Assembly (NCBI RefSeq): GCF_039654945.1
Contig: NW_027361754.1
Span: 8,928,001-8,992,000 of the forward strand
Direction of reading: 5' to 3'
Origin: Dendrobates tinctorius
Lineage: Eukaryota
DNA: 64,000 nt
A program made the translations under genes and the position numbers. Below, in pieces: positions 24,707 through 38,100 of this stretch. The stretch's first letter is position 1. Each line of letters begins with the position of its first letter. The notes under the pieces were generated by a model. It saw nothing but the letters and a program-made list of their open reading frames with translations. It searched no databases and had not been told where the DNA came from.

Positions 24707-24951
24707 AGGGGTTCCTCATCCCCTGATTTCTGGGGTCTGCCATCTCTTCCTGATCAGCAGGGGAGGGGGGTCCCCACCATTTCTCAGCATCAAGAGACTG
24801 CAGCAATAGTTTATAGGTTATTCCCCAACTTTGCGACATGTCCGACCACTGGAACCCCATTGATCCCCAGAATGGGGGTCTGAAATGCCCCATGAGAATG
24901 AAGATGTGGCCACATCTGTCACTAATTCCTGGCCATGTGTGGAGGAACCCT
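24707..24951. mobile_element. TTAA-target MITE (T2/Kolobok-like)
   Basis: TTAA-AGGGGTTCCTC ... GAGGAACCCT-TTAA. Confidence 0.65.
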
Positions 24952-25103
24952 TTAATATCTGTGGTTCCTTTTCAGAATCCCCCTATGAGGCTTCTGGCAG
25001 AGAACAATAGCAGAGGACCATTCACTTCAGTGGTCTCTGCTGCGGTTCCCTGCGCAGCAGGCAGACAAAGGAAATGCTGCGCAAGAAGGCGCCTGTGTAA
25101 TAG

Positions 25104-25385
<282 letters not shown>

Positions 25386-25399
25386 TAATACAGAATGGT

Positions 25400-26102
25400 T
25401 CCACCAGCAGAATAGTGAGTGCACCTCTGGAGTATAATACAGGGGGTAACCCAGGATCAGTAATGTATGTATACAGTGACTGCACCAGCAGAATAGAGAG
25501 TGCAGCTCTGGAGTATAATACAGGGGGTAACTCAGGATCAGTAATGTAATGTATGTACACAGTGACTGCACCAGCAGAATAGTGAGTGCAGCTCTGGGGT
25601 ATAATGCAGGATGTAACTCAGGATCAGTAATGTATGTACACAGTGACTGCACCAGCAGAATAGAGAGTGCAGCTCTGGAGTATAATACAGGGGGTAACTC
25701 AGGATCAGTAATGTAATGTATGTACACAGTGACTGCACCAGCAGAATAGTGAGTGCAGCTCTGGGGTATAATGCAGGATGTAACTCAGGATCAGTAATGT
25801 ATGTACACAGTGACTGCACCAGCAGAATAGAGAGTGCAGCTCTGGAGTATAATACAGGATGTAACTCAGGATCAGTAATGTATGTACACAGTGACTGCAC
25901 CAGCAGAATAGTGAGTGCAGCTGTTGGGTATAATACAGGATGTAACTCAGGATCAGTAATGTAATGTATGTACACCGTGACTCCACCAGCAGAATAGTGA
26001 GTGCAGCTCTGGGGTATAATACAGGAGGTAATTCAGGATCAGTAATGTAATGTATGTACACAGTGACTGCACCAGCAGAATAGTGAGTGCAGCTCTGGAG
26101 TA
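25400..26102 (+). repeat. 81/86-bp tandem repeat (CCAGCAGAATAGTGAGTGCAGCTCTGGAGTATAATACAGG...)
   Basis: About 8.5 copies filling the NMNAT1 intron. Confidence 0.95.
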
Positions 26103-26151
26103 TGATAAGTCAGGATAAATACTTTCATGTTTTTTTTCTTTTTTTTTGCAG

Positions 26152-26335
26152 GAAAATACAAGGTTGTGAAAGGTATTATCTCTCCAGTGAGTGATGGGTA
26201 TAAGAAGAAGGGGCTTGTTGAGGGGTCTCATCGTCTGGCCATGGCTCAGCTGGCTACTGAGAATTGTGACTGGATAGAGGTGGACCCCTGGGAATGTTTG
26301 AAGAAGGAATGGACAGAGACCGCTCTGGCATTAAG
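26152..26335 (+). CDS. NMNAT1: NMNAT1 second coding exon
   Basis: [21 protein letters not shown]...WIEVDPWE...[13 protein letters not shown] boundaries, 184 nt. Confidence 0.97.
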
Positions 26336-26384
26336 GTAAGAGAAGGGGGCACGGAGCAGTCACTGGTCCGCAGTCATATACATA

Positions 26385-26803
26385 CAGTTGTGCTCAAAAG
26401 TTTACATACCCCAGCATAAGTTTTGCTTTCTTGGCCTTTTTTTTCAGAGAATATGAATGATAACACCAAAACTTTTTCTCCACTCATGGTTAGTGGTTGG
26501 GTGAAGCCATTTATTGTCAAACTAGTGTTTTCTCTTTTTAAATCATAATGACAACCCAAAACATCCAAATGACCCTGATCAAAAGTTTACTTTTGATCAG
26601 TGAACTTTTGATCAGGGTCATTTGGATGTTTTGGGTTGTCATTATGATTTAAAAAGAGAAAACACTAGTTTGACAATAAATGGCTTCACCCAACCACTAA
26701 CCATGAGTGGAGAAAAAGGTTTGGTGTTATCATTCATATTCTCTGAAAAAAGGCCAAGAAAGCAAAAATTATGCCGGAGTATGTAAACGTTTGAGCACAA
26801 CTG
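26385..26803. mobile_element. Tc1-derived fold-back element (two ~200-bp IR/DR arms, interior deleted)
   Basis: TA-CAGTTGTGCTCAAAAGTTTACATAC ... GTATGTAAACGTTTGAGCACAACTG-TA, palindromic over its whole length. Confidence 0.92.
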
Positions 26804-26808
26804 TATAT

Positions 26809-27698
26809 TGTGAGGCAGTGACCTCTGTTACAGCTAGGGAGCGCTGTATGTTTTCTCCAGAATACGCACTGAGGCATATTGAGGCTATTGGAATGCATTG
26901 CGGTCACAGGCGTAGCTGGGATTGCAATGATGAAGCAGTGACCGATGTCACAGGTAGAGGTCGCTGTGTAGTTTCCCCAGAATATGCACGGAGGTGTATG
27001 AAGGCCATAGGTGTGCAAGGCAGTCATGGGCGTAGCTGTGACTGCAATGCAGACTGATAATAAAAGTAAGTGTTTAGTCTTGGACATGTTATTGTCCAAG
27101 GCAGAGGTAGGGAAAACCTGCTCTGGATGTTGTGTTTGAAACAGATTGCAGTATGATAGTAGTTTGTGCAGTCTGTTCCATTCCGGATCCAGGTTTTCCA
27201 TGTGGCTGAAAGCCACAGGTTTCTGCGATAAAAGCCATGCAGGAAAGGGTTAGGAGGTCTGAGTAAGACTGAGTGAATGTTTAGTCAGTCTCAGTTGTGT
27301 TAGGGCCAGAGTGAGGCCTGGCAACCCGCAGTGTACACAGAGATGCAAGAGCGTCCACGGTGACTGGTCTCGGATGTGGACAGTCCTGTGCCCGGAGGTG
27401 GATGTCCTGTGCCTGAAAGAAGACTGGCGTGTGTAACGATTGCAAAATAGGCGGTTATGGTGCCTGGCTGCGATCCGGAGGATATCCTGGACTGTGTACG
27501 GCTGTGTGAGTAAAGAGACTGTGATTCAGCGGTGCAAGACACCCACGGGAACTAGTCAGAGGAGGACTAGCGTGTGTAGTGCCTGCAACATGTAATGCTG
27601 TGTGAATAGTCTTGGATGCGGCGCATAGACACCCATGGGAACTAGTCAGAGGAAGACTGGCGTGTTTAGTGTCTGTAAAATGAAGGATGCCATATAAA

Positions 27699-27744
<46 letters not shown>

Positions 27745-27936
27745 TGCAAATGGTGAAATGGATACTAGTTATATGCACTGAAGTTGTAGGCACTGAAATT
27801 GTAGGCACTGAAATCATAGGCACTTGTGTGGATTGGACTTTTAATGCTGTGAGGAAACATATTAAAGAGACTTTTGTGTTTGAATTTCGTGGGTCACTGC
27901 CTCTTCACTGCGTACCAGTGCTACCGTTGCCTTACA
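26809..27936 (+). mobile_element. Solo LTR (Gypsy-like)
   Basis: TGTGAGGCA...TGCCTTACA inverted ends, ATAT 4-bp TSD on both sides, ATTAAA at 27861. Confidence 0.75.
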
Positions 27937-27979
27937 ATATATACAAGGTAAGAAACGTGCTACTGTTTGTCCTCACCAG

Positions 27980-28116
27980 ACATTACCAGCAGCTGCAGAC
28001 GTGTACTGCTAACACTGGAGTGCTGGAGAAGAAACCGTGGCACAGAAAGGGTCAGAAGAGGAAGAGAAATCACGTCAACCAAGATGTCCCCGACTATTAC
28101 TGTCCGGAGAGTAGAG
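27980..28116 (+). CDS. NMNAT1: NMNAT1 third coding exon (isoform-specific targeting region with basic NLS)
   Basis: HYQQLQ...HRKGQKRKRNH..., phases 2->1 consistent with neighbouring exons. Confidence 0.93.
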
Positions 28117-28294
28117 GTACACGGACCGGAATCCCACATTACATGGATTCTGATATGACTGCCACAGTAGAGTTATACTGTATATACAGAACACTACAAC
28201 CCCCAACATGCTCCAACTCCAGCTATAATATAATTGTGTATTTCTGTACAAATAATAAACTAATAATAATCTTTATATAGCGCCAACATATTCC

Positions 28295-29141
28295 GCAGCG
28301 ATTTACGCGGTTTTAAACGCGCGATTTCGCCGCGAAAACGCGAAAAATAAGCATCCTATGGGATTCCGCAATGCTGTGCTAATGCTGCGTTTTTTTCCAC
28401 GGCGGAATCGCTTTGCAGTAAAAAACGCAGCATGCTCATTAATTTAGCGGAATCGCAGCGATCCCGTACCCATAGGATTGCATTGTTCTGCTTACTTTCT
28501 GCATGTAGCTGTGTCCACCATGCGAAAAGTAAGCAGAACATTTGCGGATGGTACCCACGGTCCGGAGGAGAGGAGACTGTCCTCTGGGCTCTGGGTACCA
28601 TATCCCTGTAAAAAATAGAATTACAATAAAAAATATTGTTATTCTCACCTTCCGGAGTCCCGCCCAGCCTTCCCGCCTCTCTCCACGCTCCTGGTCCCAG
28701 TAATCCTTTGCGAGAATGACTGCGATGACGTTGAGATCTCCCGGGAGCGCGATGTCTCGCAGTCATTCGCGCAAAGGATTACTGGGACCGGGAGCGTGGA
28801 GAGAGGCGGGAAGGCTGCGCGGGACGCCGGAAGGTGAGAATAATAATGTTTTTTATTATTTTTTACATTTTATCTTTTACTACTGATGCTGCATAGGCGG
28901 CATCAGTAGTAAAAAGTTGGTCACACAAGTAGTGTGACCAACCTGTCAATCAGTTCTCCAAGCGATGCTCCAGATCACTTGGAAAACGCTAGCATTCTGC
29001 AAGCTAATTACGCTTGCAAATCGCTAGTTTTTCCTCGGGAAAATCGTGGGAATTTAAAATGCAATTTTTTTTCCCGCGGAATGGAATTCCGGAATTCTCG
29101 CGGTAACTTCCGCGAGAGTTCCGCTACGTGTGCACATAGCC
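28295..29141. mobile_element. Harbinger-like non-autonomous element with an internal ~215-bp palindrome, left end lost, inside a minus-strand L2 tail
   Basis: Right TIR ...CGTGTGCACATAGCC-TAA. Inverted repeat at 28633-28850. L2 tail sequence on both sides. Confidence 0.7.
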
Positions 29142-29290
29142 TAACAGTTTCAAAACACAAGTCATAAGTAACAACGTTAACAATACAATAATTAAAGCAA
29201 AATTAGACAACCCTGCTCGAGAGAGCTTGCAATCTACAATGAGGTGGGGGAGATACGAAGTACTGGTGTGTATTTACAATGATGTATTTA

Positions 29291-29650
29291 GAGTATGTGC
29301 ACACAGTGCAGATTCTGGTGCAGTTCTGCAGCAGATTTGGCCCTGCAGAACTGCAGCAGAACTGCAAGTGATGTACAGTACCATTTAAGGCTATGTAAAA
29401 CAAAAACCGCTGTGCACATGCTGCAGATTTTTCCACGCAGATTTGGTGCAGATTTAAAACTGCAGCATGTCACTTCTTTTGTGCAGTTCTGCAGCAGTTT
29501 TTCATCTGCTCCATTATAGAAATCTGCAGGGGAAATCCGCACAAAAACTGCACTAAAACAGCAGGTAAAACGCAGGTCATTTTACCTGTAGATTTAGCAA
29601 AATCTGCGCGGAAAATTCCACAGCAGAATCCGCACCGTGTGCACATAGCC
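29291..29650. mobile_element. PIF/Harbinger-like MITE
   Basis: TTA-GAGTATGTGCACAC ... GTGTGCACATAGCC-TTA. Confidence 0.85.
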
Positions 29651-29739
29651 TTACAATGATGGTCCAGCCATCTTCAGGGAGTGAGGGATGGATGGAGATA
29701 TCCCAGATCTGATGCTGCCCAGTATTTTCTTTCTTTCAG

Positions 29740-30140
29740 CGCCACCTAGAGTTATGCTTCTTTGTGGAGCCGACATGCTTGAGTCTCTCGGGGTCCCGAA
29801 ACTTTGGAAACCGGAACACGTTGTAGAAATTGTGTCGTCGTTCGGTCTGGTCTGCATTACCAGGATGGGCAGCGATGCGAGCAAGTTCATCTACGAGTCT
29901 GATGTCCTGTGGAAGCACCGAGACAATATCCACCTGGTGGAGGAGTGGATTACCAACGATATCTCCTCCACCAAGGTGCGCCGAGCCCTGCGGAGGGGCA
30001 TGAGCGTGCGATACCTGGTGCCCGACCCAGTCCTGGACTACATCAAGAAACACGACCTGTACAGTGAGGAAAGCGAGGGGAAGAACTCCAATCTCATCCT
30101 AGAACCCTTTCTAAGAAACTCCACCAATCCACAGGAATGA
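29740..30140 (+). CDS. NMNAT1: NMNAT1 last coding exon
   Basis: [42 protein letters not shown]. Total CDS 840 nt = 279 aa. Candidate AATAAA at 31356. Confidence 0.98.
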
Positions 30141-30614
30141 TGGACCCGTCGCACCGTCACTGCCGCAATGTTTGGGAGTCTCCAAATATGTTGATCACAT
30201 AGTAGAAACAATCAATTTTTCTTATACCTATGATTTAGGGTTTGAGCTTCTTTTACCTCATTGCTGCCTGGGTCTTACTTCTGGTGTCCCCAGACAGATG
30301 ATAGAAAGAGCCCATCTGCTTCTAGAGGTCAAACCAACCCCCTACTTAGCTGGTTAAAAGGGTAGGTGTGGGCCACACGGAGCTACCAGGAGCTGATGGA
30401 CATTTCTGTATAAGCCACATAAAGGTCCTCATAAATGTAACAGCATAAGACCCGGGGGAGGCTCACGTGAGGGGGGAAGTTACACTATTTTTGGGTTGGA
30501 GAACGCTAAAATCTGTGCTATATTTTAAGTATATGACCACTATCTACTGTACAGGATACATATAACTATGATCTACAGCAAATATTGTCACTGCTTTATT
30601 TACCCTGTACTGAT

Positions 30615-31012
30615 GTATTATACCCCAGAGCTGCACTCACTATTCTGCTGGTGGAGTCACTGTGTACATACATTACATTACTGATCCTGAGTTACATCCT
30701 GTATTATACTCCAGAGCTGCACTCACTATTCTGCTGGTGGAGTCACTGTGTACATACATTACATTACTGATCCTGAGTTACATCCTGTATTATACCCCAG
30801 AGCTGCACTCACTATTCTGCTGGTGCAATCACAGTGTACATACATCACATTACTGATCCTGAGTCATATCCTGTATTATACTCCAGAGCTGCACTCACTA
30901 TTCTGCTGGTGCAGTAACTGTGTACATACATTACATTACTTATCCGGCACTGATCCTGGGTTGCAGCCTAAACACGCAGACTCCACCAGCAGAATAGTGA
31001 GTGCAGCTCTGG
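30615..31012 (-). repeat. 86-bp repeat array (same family as 25400-26102, opposite orientation) plus a short re-inverted copy, in the presumed NMNAT1 3' UTR
   Basis: CCAGAGCTGCACTCACTATTCTGCTGG x4, then CCAGCAGAATAGTGAGTGCAGCTCTGG at about 30980-31012. Confidence 0.92.
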
Positions 31013-31779
31013 AGAGATGTAATGCATGTACTCGGTGACTCCGATGTTTCTGTAGATTATATTGATATATTATCTGTACGGTGGATGCACTATTGATTGT
31101 AGGTGCTAATACTGTGGAGTGGTCGCCGTTTCCTTCCTCAGGCCATAAATGAAGTTACATGGGAGGTTGCTGTGGTCACTTAGTGCTTTAGTTGCTTCAG
31201 ATGCAGATGTGCCGGTGTTACAGGATTAGACGCCTCCGTGTTTCGGGTTCCCATCTGTAACTACGCATGATATTGTTACAGTATCACAATGCTGGACTCC
31301 TGCTGCTGTAGAGGAGGGGAGGATTTGGTACTTTGTTTCTTTTATGTGAACTTTAAATAAATGAGATGATTGATTCTTCATTTATTGTCCTGATCCTATC
31401 AATATTGTAATATTAAAAAAAAAAAAAATTGGGAATTCTTGGAATTCAAAGGGTTACACCTGAGAGATTAACCCCCCTAACTTCTGTACAGTATCCTGTC
31501 TGTTAGTTAATATGTGATTACTGATCTCACGGTCCTGGCAGACAGATCAGGACGGTCACTGTCTGGCCCGGGTGTTGCATGCGTCCATTCATGATTTCTA
31601 CTTTAACCCTAACATGACTGTGTTCCACACAGCATCCATTCCCATTGCCCCAGATGTATAACACCCGACCCCCCGTCATGCCATCTGCGTTTACTAACAT
31701 GACATAATGGGTGGTGCGGAGCTCACTGATACCAGCGGCGGTTCCGTAATGCTGTGGTAACAAGTCTGTCCATGACAAT

Positions 31780-32730
31780 TTTTCCTCCTAAATCTTCCCC
31801 CTTCACCTGTGAGTGATATTATGGAGAAATGGAAGGAACCACAGCAACTCAGCCACAAAGTGGAGACCCCATAAGGTTACAGAGCAGGAGGCCGAGTGCT
31901 GTGGAGCAGAGGGCAGAAAATTTACCAACGCTCTGCTGACCCCATAACTGCAGAGTCCAGACCTCCTCTCATATCAGCACAAACACTGCGCCCCCACCGG
32001 GAGCTTCATGGCTGAGCAGATGCATGCAGCCGTACATCACCAAGCACAATGTCGAGTGTCGGATTGAGTGGTGTAAGGCTGTGTGCGCACGTTGCGGATT
32101 CTGCTGCGGATTTTTCCTCGCAGATTTGACAAAATCCGCAGGTCCAATGACCTGCCGTTTATCTGCGGATTTACTGCGGATTAGCCAGTGGTTTTCCCCT
32201 GCGGTTTGACACCTGTCATGGAACAGGTGTCAAACTGCTGCGGAATCCGCACAAAGAATTGACATGCTGCGGATTTAAATCCGCAGCAAATCTGGGAAAT
32301 CCGCAACGTCTGCACTGCGTTTTCCATCTTAGATTGACTAAAATAGTACTGTACAACGCAGCAGAAACTGCTGCTGATCCGCACGGCCAAATCCGCTGCG
32401 GATCCGTAGCAGAATCCGCAACGTGTGCACACACCCTTAAGCTGCCAGCACTGGACTCTGAAGGAGATGAGTTCTGAGCAGTGACGGATCGCACTTCTCT
32501 TTCTGGAAGAGTCTGGGTTTGGTGATTCCAGGAGGGCGTTACCCCCTGACTGCATTGAGCCCGCTGAACAGATGGTGGAGGAGGATAATGCTATGGGCTG
32601 TTATCAGGGGGCAGCCTCGACCCCTTAGCTCCAGGGAAGGAAAATGTTAATGCTTCAGCACAAGACATTGTAGATGATTGTAGCTTCCAGCTTTGTGGGA
32701 TCAGTTTGGGGAAGACTTTCTGTTCCCTAT
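31780..32730 (+). mobile_element. Decayed Tc1 transposase relic with a Harbinger-like MITE inserted at 32077-32437
   Basis: Tc1-like coding remnants. MITE ends GGCTGTGTGCGCACGTTGCGG/CCGCAACGTGTGCACACACCC flanked by TAA. Confidence 0.7.
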
Positions 32731-33554
32731 GATGGTGCCCAGACAGCACTGAGTATAGGATTATATCCCTGTGCATTGACCCTCCATTTCTATCGTACAG
32801 AGGGTGGGCCGTACACGAAGGGACTTTGTTGCTTCTTAGCCTGTGCCCGTGACTGCAGCTTCATCCATGCGGTTTGTGGGGGATTTCCTGTGACAGCGGG
32901 GGATCAGCAGGCAGTACTCAGGATACAATGGTCGCTGACGTCACTGACACAAAAACAGCGGGATGCGACTTCAGATCACAAAATAATGCAAATATACAAA
33001 AATTGCAAGAACGGAAACAAGGAGAGCAACATTGAGGTCTAGACAAGTAACCATTTGTGGGGTCTCTAATAAGCCCCCACCCATCTTGCATCACTTCTAC
33101 TACTATTGTCTTCTCATGTGGCCCCTGCACCGGGCCCTTGTTATTAGTAATGCCAGTTCTCCATTGGGTGGATCACATCACTACTGAGGTGATATAAGGA
33201 AGGCCGGGTGCTGGATGGTGCGTCCAGCTCTATACACTAACAATTGCAATTCGTCCTTGGGTTACATCAGTCCTGTGTGACCCCTGGATGAAGTCTCTAC
33301 TGCCAGTGTGAACGCTCTGCTATTGGCTATTGTACGCTGCCCTCTCACACCATGCAGCCGCCGATGGTGCAAAGTGGAGCAGACGCCACAACTGTCTATG
33401 TTTACCAGGTCAAACAAATATTCACTGCTGTACGTGACCAAGAACTGGTGAATCACAGCTCCGCAGAAGTCAGTGGCACAATGTGAATATACAAGAGCTT
33501 TTATACTGTGTAATGTGTCTGCAAAGTGTATATGTGCAGGTCTGGGAGAATGAC

Positions 33555-34705
33555 ACTCGGGTACAGGATAATGACACCGACAATGGGGTACTGGATAATA
33601 ATACTTGGGGTAAAGGATAATGACACTGACACTGGGGGTAAAGGACAATGATAAGGGTAAAGGATAACAACACTGACACTCAGGGTGCAGGAGAATGATA
33701 CTTGTGGTAGAGGATAATGACACTGACACTAGTGGTACAGGGTAATGACACCGACAATGGGGTACTGGATAATACTCGGGGTACAGGATAATGTCACTGA
33801 CACTGGGGGTACAGGATAATGATACTTGGGGTAGAGGATAATGACACTGACACTGGGGGTACAGGGTAATGACACTGACAATGGGGTACTGGATAATAAT
33901 ACTTGGGGTAGAGGATAATGACACTGACACTGGGGTAAAGGACAATGATAAGGGTAAAGGATAACAACGCTAGCACTCGGGATACAGGATAATCTCACTG
34001 ACACTGGGGGTACAGAATAATGATACTTGGGGTAGAGGATAATGACACTGACAGGGGGTACAGGGTAATGACAGACAATAGGGTACTGGATAATAATACT
34101 TGGGGTAGAGGATAATGACACTGACACTGGGGGTAAAGGATAATGATAAGGGTAAAGGATAACAACGCTAGCACTCAGGGTACAGGATAATGTCACTGAC
34201 ACTGGGGGTACAGGATAATGATACTTGGGGTAGAGGATAATGACACTGACACTGGGGGTACAGGGTAATGACACCGACAATGGGGTACTGGATACTAATA
34301 CTTGGGGTACAGGATAATGTCACTGACACTGGGGGTACAGGATAATGATACTTGGGGTAGAGGATAATGACACTGACACGGGTACAGGGTAATGACGCCA
34401 ACAAAGGGGTACTGGATAATAATACTTGGTAGAGGATAATGACACTGACACTGGGGGTAAAGGACAGTGATAAGGGTAAAGGATAACAACGCTAGCACTC
34501 GGGATACAGGATAATGTCACTGACACTGGGGGTACAGGATAATGATACTTGTGGTAGAGGATAAAGACACTGACACTGGGGGTAAAGGGCAATGATAAGG
34601 GTAAAGGATAACAACTAGCACTCGGGGTACAGGATAATGATATTTGGGGTAGAGGATAATGATAATTGGGGTACTAGATAATGATGACAGGGTACAGGAT
34701 AAAAT
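33555..34705. repeat. Complex minisatellite (GGGGTACAGGATAATGACACTGACACT variants)
   Basis: 20-28-bp subunits in recurring higher-order order. Confidence 0.93.
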
Positions 34706-35314
34706 GTCCCTTTTAGATGACTCACTTTATACGCTGTGGAATTAATGGCGCCATATACGTGAGCAGAATACATACGAATACTATTTCTGGCCATTATATG
34801 ACTTGTTTCCAGCATTAGCAGTTTTCCCCACTCCAGGCTCTAAGCACTAGAAGTCTCAGCATTTTCTCTTTGTGTGCTTCATCGCCTCTTTCTCTTTCCA
34901 CCTCCTTCTCTCTCCCTTCTCCGTAGACTTCTATAGGCAGCAGGTGTAATTTGATCCCTCACTGCAGACAGATCTGAGTGGATCATAAGTGGAGAAAGAA
35001 GCAGATGTTTTTCTGATAAGATCTTTTACAAAATGTCTCATCTTCTCCTGACTTGTGTCATTACTCTTTGAGGCCACGTTGATGCTTTCCATAACGCCGC
35101 TTATTGATTTATCTCTTGAGCTCCAGCTTTAGTCCATTGAGTGCTGTTAATAGCTGAGGATGGAGTCATGCACCGATTTTTAGCAGAGCAAGTACGGACT
35201 GCAATGACAGACTGATGAATATGGTTGTGTCACGTTCAGGTCAGGAGACGCGTGGCTGTTGCGGGCGTCATCCATACTCCGGCCATGAAACATGGATGTG
35301 CAAATCCAACCTGA

Positions 35315-35931
35315 GGCTACATTCACACAATGAGGGCAGTTTCACATGTCCAGATAATTCCGGTACCGGAGCTATCCGTGTGCATACGTATGCCATCCGT
35401 GTGACATCCGTGTGCTATCCGTATGCCCGTGTGTACCATCCGTGTGTTGTCCGTGTGCTGTCTGTGTGTCCGTGTCCGTGTTTTTGAAAAATTATTTTCA
35501 ATGTTAACCCTTTGACTTTTAAAAACGCACACGGACAGCACATGGACAGCATCCGTGTGCGGTACATGTTTACACGGACCCATTGACTTGTATGGGTCCG
35601 TGTGATCCGTGCTGTTGCACAAAAACGGACATGTCAGCGTGTTTTGCACACGGACACACGGTCCGTGAAAACACGCTGACATCTGCATAGACACATTCAT
35701 TAGAATGTGTCTATGTGTGTCAGTGTCTCGGTTATGTGAGAAAACTGTCACTACACGTACCGGAGCCACTGACGTGTGAAACTGCCCTGAGCTTTTGGTG
35801 AGTTTTTGATGTTGCAGATTTAAAAAAAAAAAAAAACGCAAGTAACATATGTTGCTTAATAGGTGGCGAAATGGTGCAGAAAATCTGCAACATCAAAAAC
35901 TCACCAAAAAGCTCATCGGCCGAACGTGGCC
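35315..35931. mobile_element. Nested MITEs: a Harbinger-like element (35334-35787, TGA TSD) inside an older hairpin MITE
   Basis: GGGCAGTTTCACA...TGTGAAACTGCCC. Outer arms GAGCTTTTGGTGAGTTTTTGATGTTGCAGATT / AATCTGCAACATCAAAAACTCACCAAAAAGCTC. Confidence 0.82.
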
Positions 35932-36202
35932 TAAAAGTGTAGGTTACCTGCGCAATTCTGTGGTTGCTAATATTCGACTGGAAAGAGTGGATCTAGGATG
36001 CATGTGTGGTTTTGATGCTTTGCGTGACAAGGTTGCTGTGAATTCTGAGCTTTACATACAATTTGGATAGATCATGTTTTGCATGAGAAAAGTGACACTA
36101 ATGTTTTACCCCCATCCATGCACAAGCTGTAGAGAAAGGGTTAAAATCAGCTGATTAGTATGTGGACCTCCCTGCTGAGCTGTGACACTCCTCCACATTG
36201 AG

Positions 36203-36209
36203 TATATAA
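36203..36209 (+). promoter_or_regulatory. RBP7 TATA box
   Basis: TATATAA 39 nt upstream of the ATG. Confidence 0.65.
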
Positions 36210-36241
36210 CTGCCTGGCTGTGCTGGGGCTCTACAGCTCTC

Positions 36242-36317
36242 ATGGCTCCTCAAGACTTCAGTGGCACCTGGAACATGGTCAGCAATGAAAACTTTGACCG
36301 CTACCTGCAGAGCCTGG
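36242..36317 (+). CDS. RBP7: Retinoid-binding protein 7, exon 1
   Basis: MAPQDFSGTWNMVSNENFDRYLQSL with the FABP/CRBP GxW motif, donor GTAAGT. Confidence 0.96.
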
Positions 36318-37500
36318 GTAAGTGGGTGCTGACATTCAGGGCACATTGCCCTAGATTTGGCAGCTTTACTTCTCATGTAGTTGTCTCCACCAGGGGGTGC
36401 TGCTGCCATGGTGTTACCTGTGTGACCTAAGAGGTTTGTAGGTTACTCCAGGTCATTGGAGCATTCACCTGCCTAAATGCAACCTTCAGTGCTGTGCCCC
36501 CCTGCAATGTGCCAAAGGCCCTGCAGGGCATGATGCCCCCCACCACAGCAGACACAGGGGTCTTGATTGCATTAAGCCTTGTGACTGTTGCAATAAACTA
36601 TCTTGCAACATTAGTAACAAAAAAAAAAAAATCCCTTAGTGATTCTGTGAATTCCTTGTCCATGGTTCACAGTAATGGAAGTAAGTGAAGGTAAATGGGA
36701 CCAGAGAGAAAAGGGCAGGAGGAGGCCACAGCCTAGCTGACTGCTCCACACCCTAAAGAAGGGAGGAGAATCTGTCATTTATACCATTAAGAATCAATAC
36801 AGAATTTTAATGTCACCAAAAGGTACAATAGTGATAACACAACAATTACAACAGTTCTGATATGGATCCATGATCCTAATAAGCAAGAGTAAAAAAGGAG
36901 GACAAGGCAAGAACTGTTAGATGGAATGCGTTTAGTATTGATGGATAGATATAAACTTAATTTTGTGTGTGGTTTTATTTTTTTTCCTTCTCTCTGTAAC
37001 TGATCTAATCTGTGAAGTCTTGCTGAGTCAGTGGCACAGAGGAGCTGTCTGGCAGAGTCTTTATCTTGGTGCAATGACAGAAGCACAGATTGCCTTCATC
37101 TGACTCATAGCTGCTGGATGGAATCTGCCCCCTTCTAAGGCTCTGTTCACATGTTGCTTATCTGCAGGCAAAACCAGCTCTCCTGGCAGTAAAGCGTGTT
37201 TTTGTCAAAGTACATTTGACTCTTGTGTATGCTAATGAAGTTTAGTGCATTAAAAAAAATCAACTCTTGTCTTGGCACTAAGGAGGCAGCAGAACCTGAT
37301 ACCTGTGTTTTGTGCACTGCCCATTGCTTTCAATGGGTGAAAAATGCTGAAGGTGACATGCTGCACTTTGCAAAAAAAATGCTGGTACTATATAACACAG
37401 CTGATAATGTGCTTTAAAAAAAAAAAAACTGCAAAAGCGCAACGTGTGACCATGGCCTGATAGTATTTACCAGCACACTGCTTGTGGCACCCAGCGAAGG

Positions 37501-37531
<31 letters not shown>

Positions 37532-37921
37532 CTCTCATATTTTCAATAACCATTTCTTGGCTGCTTTCCTCCTGGTGTTTGTGGCTCTAATCCTCTGGGA
37601 GCAGCTGCACGTGCCTTTGTCCTGTCCTTGTAAAAGCTGAAGGGCCAATTGTTGCACTGGGGAACCTAAAGGCTCCTCTGCTACATGAGACACTAGTGTC
37701 CTGACTCTGCAATGGGACCAAGGATCTTCCATGTTACACCAGACACTGGATCCACAAATGTAACAAACCCTTAAAGGGACCTGTCACTTGCCGTAAAGGT
37801 CACTATGTGCAGGACCAGGACCGTGCAGCCTATGACTGTATGAGGTGCTGACAGCCAGCAGAGAGATTGACACCCAAGGTGACTGGAGAACACAGAATCT
37901 TAACTTCTCTACTGCTTACAG

Positions 37922-38100
37922 GTATTGACATTGTCACCAGGAACTTGGCAAAACTAATCAAGCCTCAAAAAATCATCGTCCAAAATGGAGACTCATTCGA
38001 GATCCAGACCCAGAGCAGCCTGCGCAGTTATCTGGTTCAGTTCACATTGGGACAAGAGTTTGATGAGGACACAAAGGGCCTGGATAACCGGAAATGCAAG
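37922..38100 (+). CDS. RBP7: RBP7 exon 2
   Basis: GIDIVTRNLAKLIKPQK...EFDEDTKGLDNRKCK, 179 nt. Confidence 0.97.
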
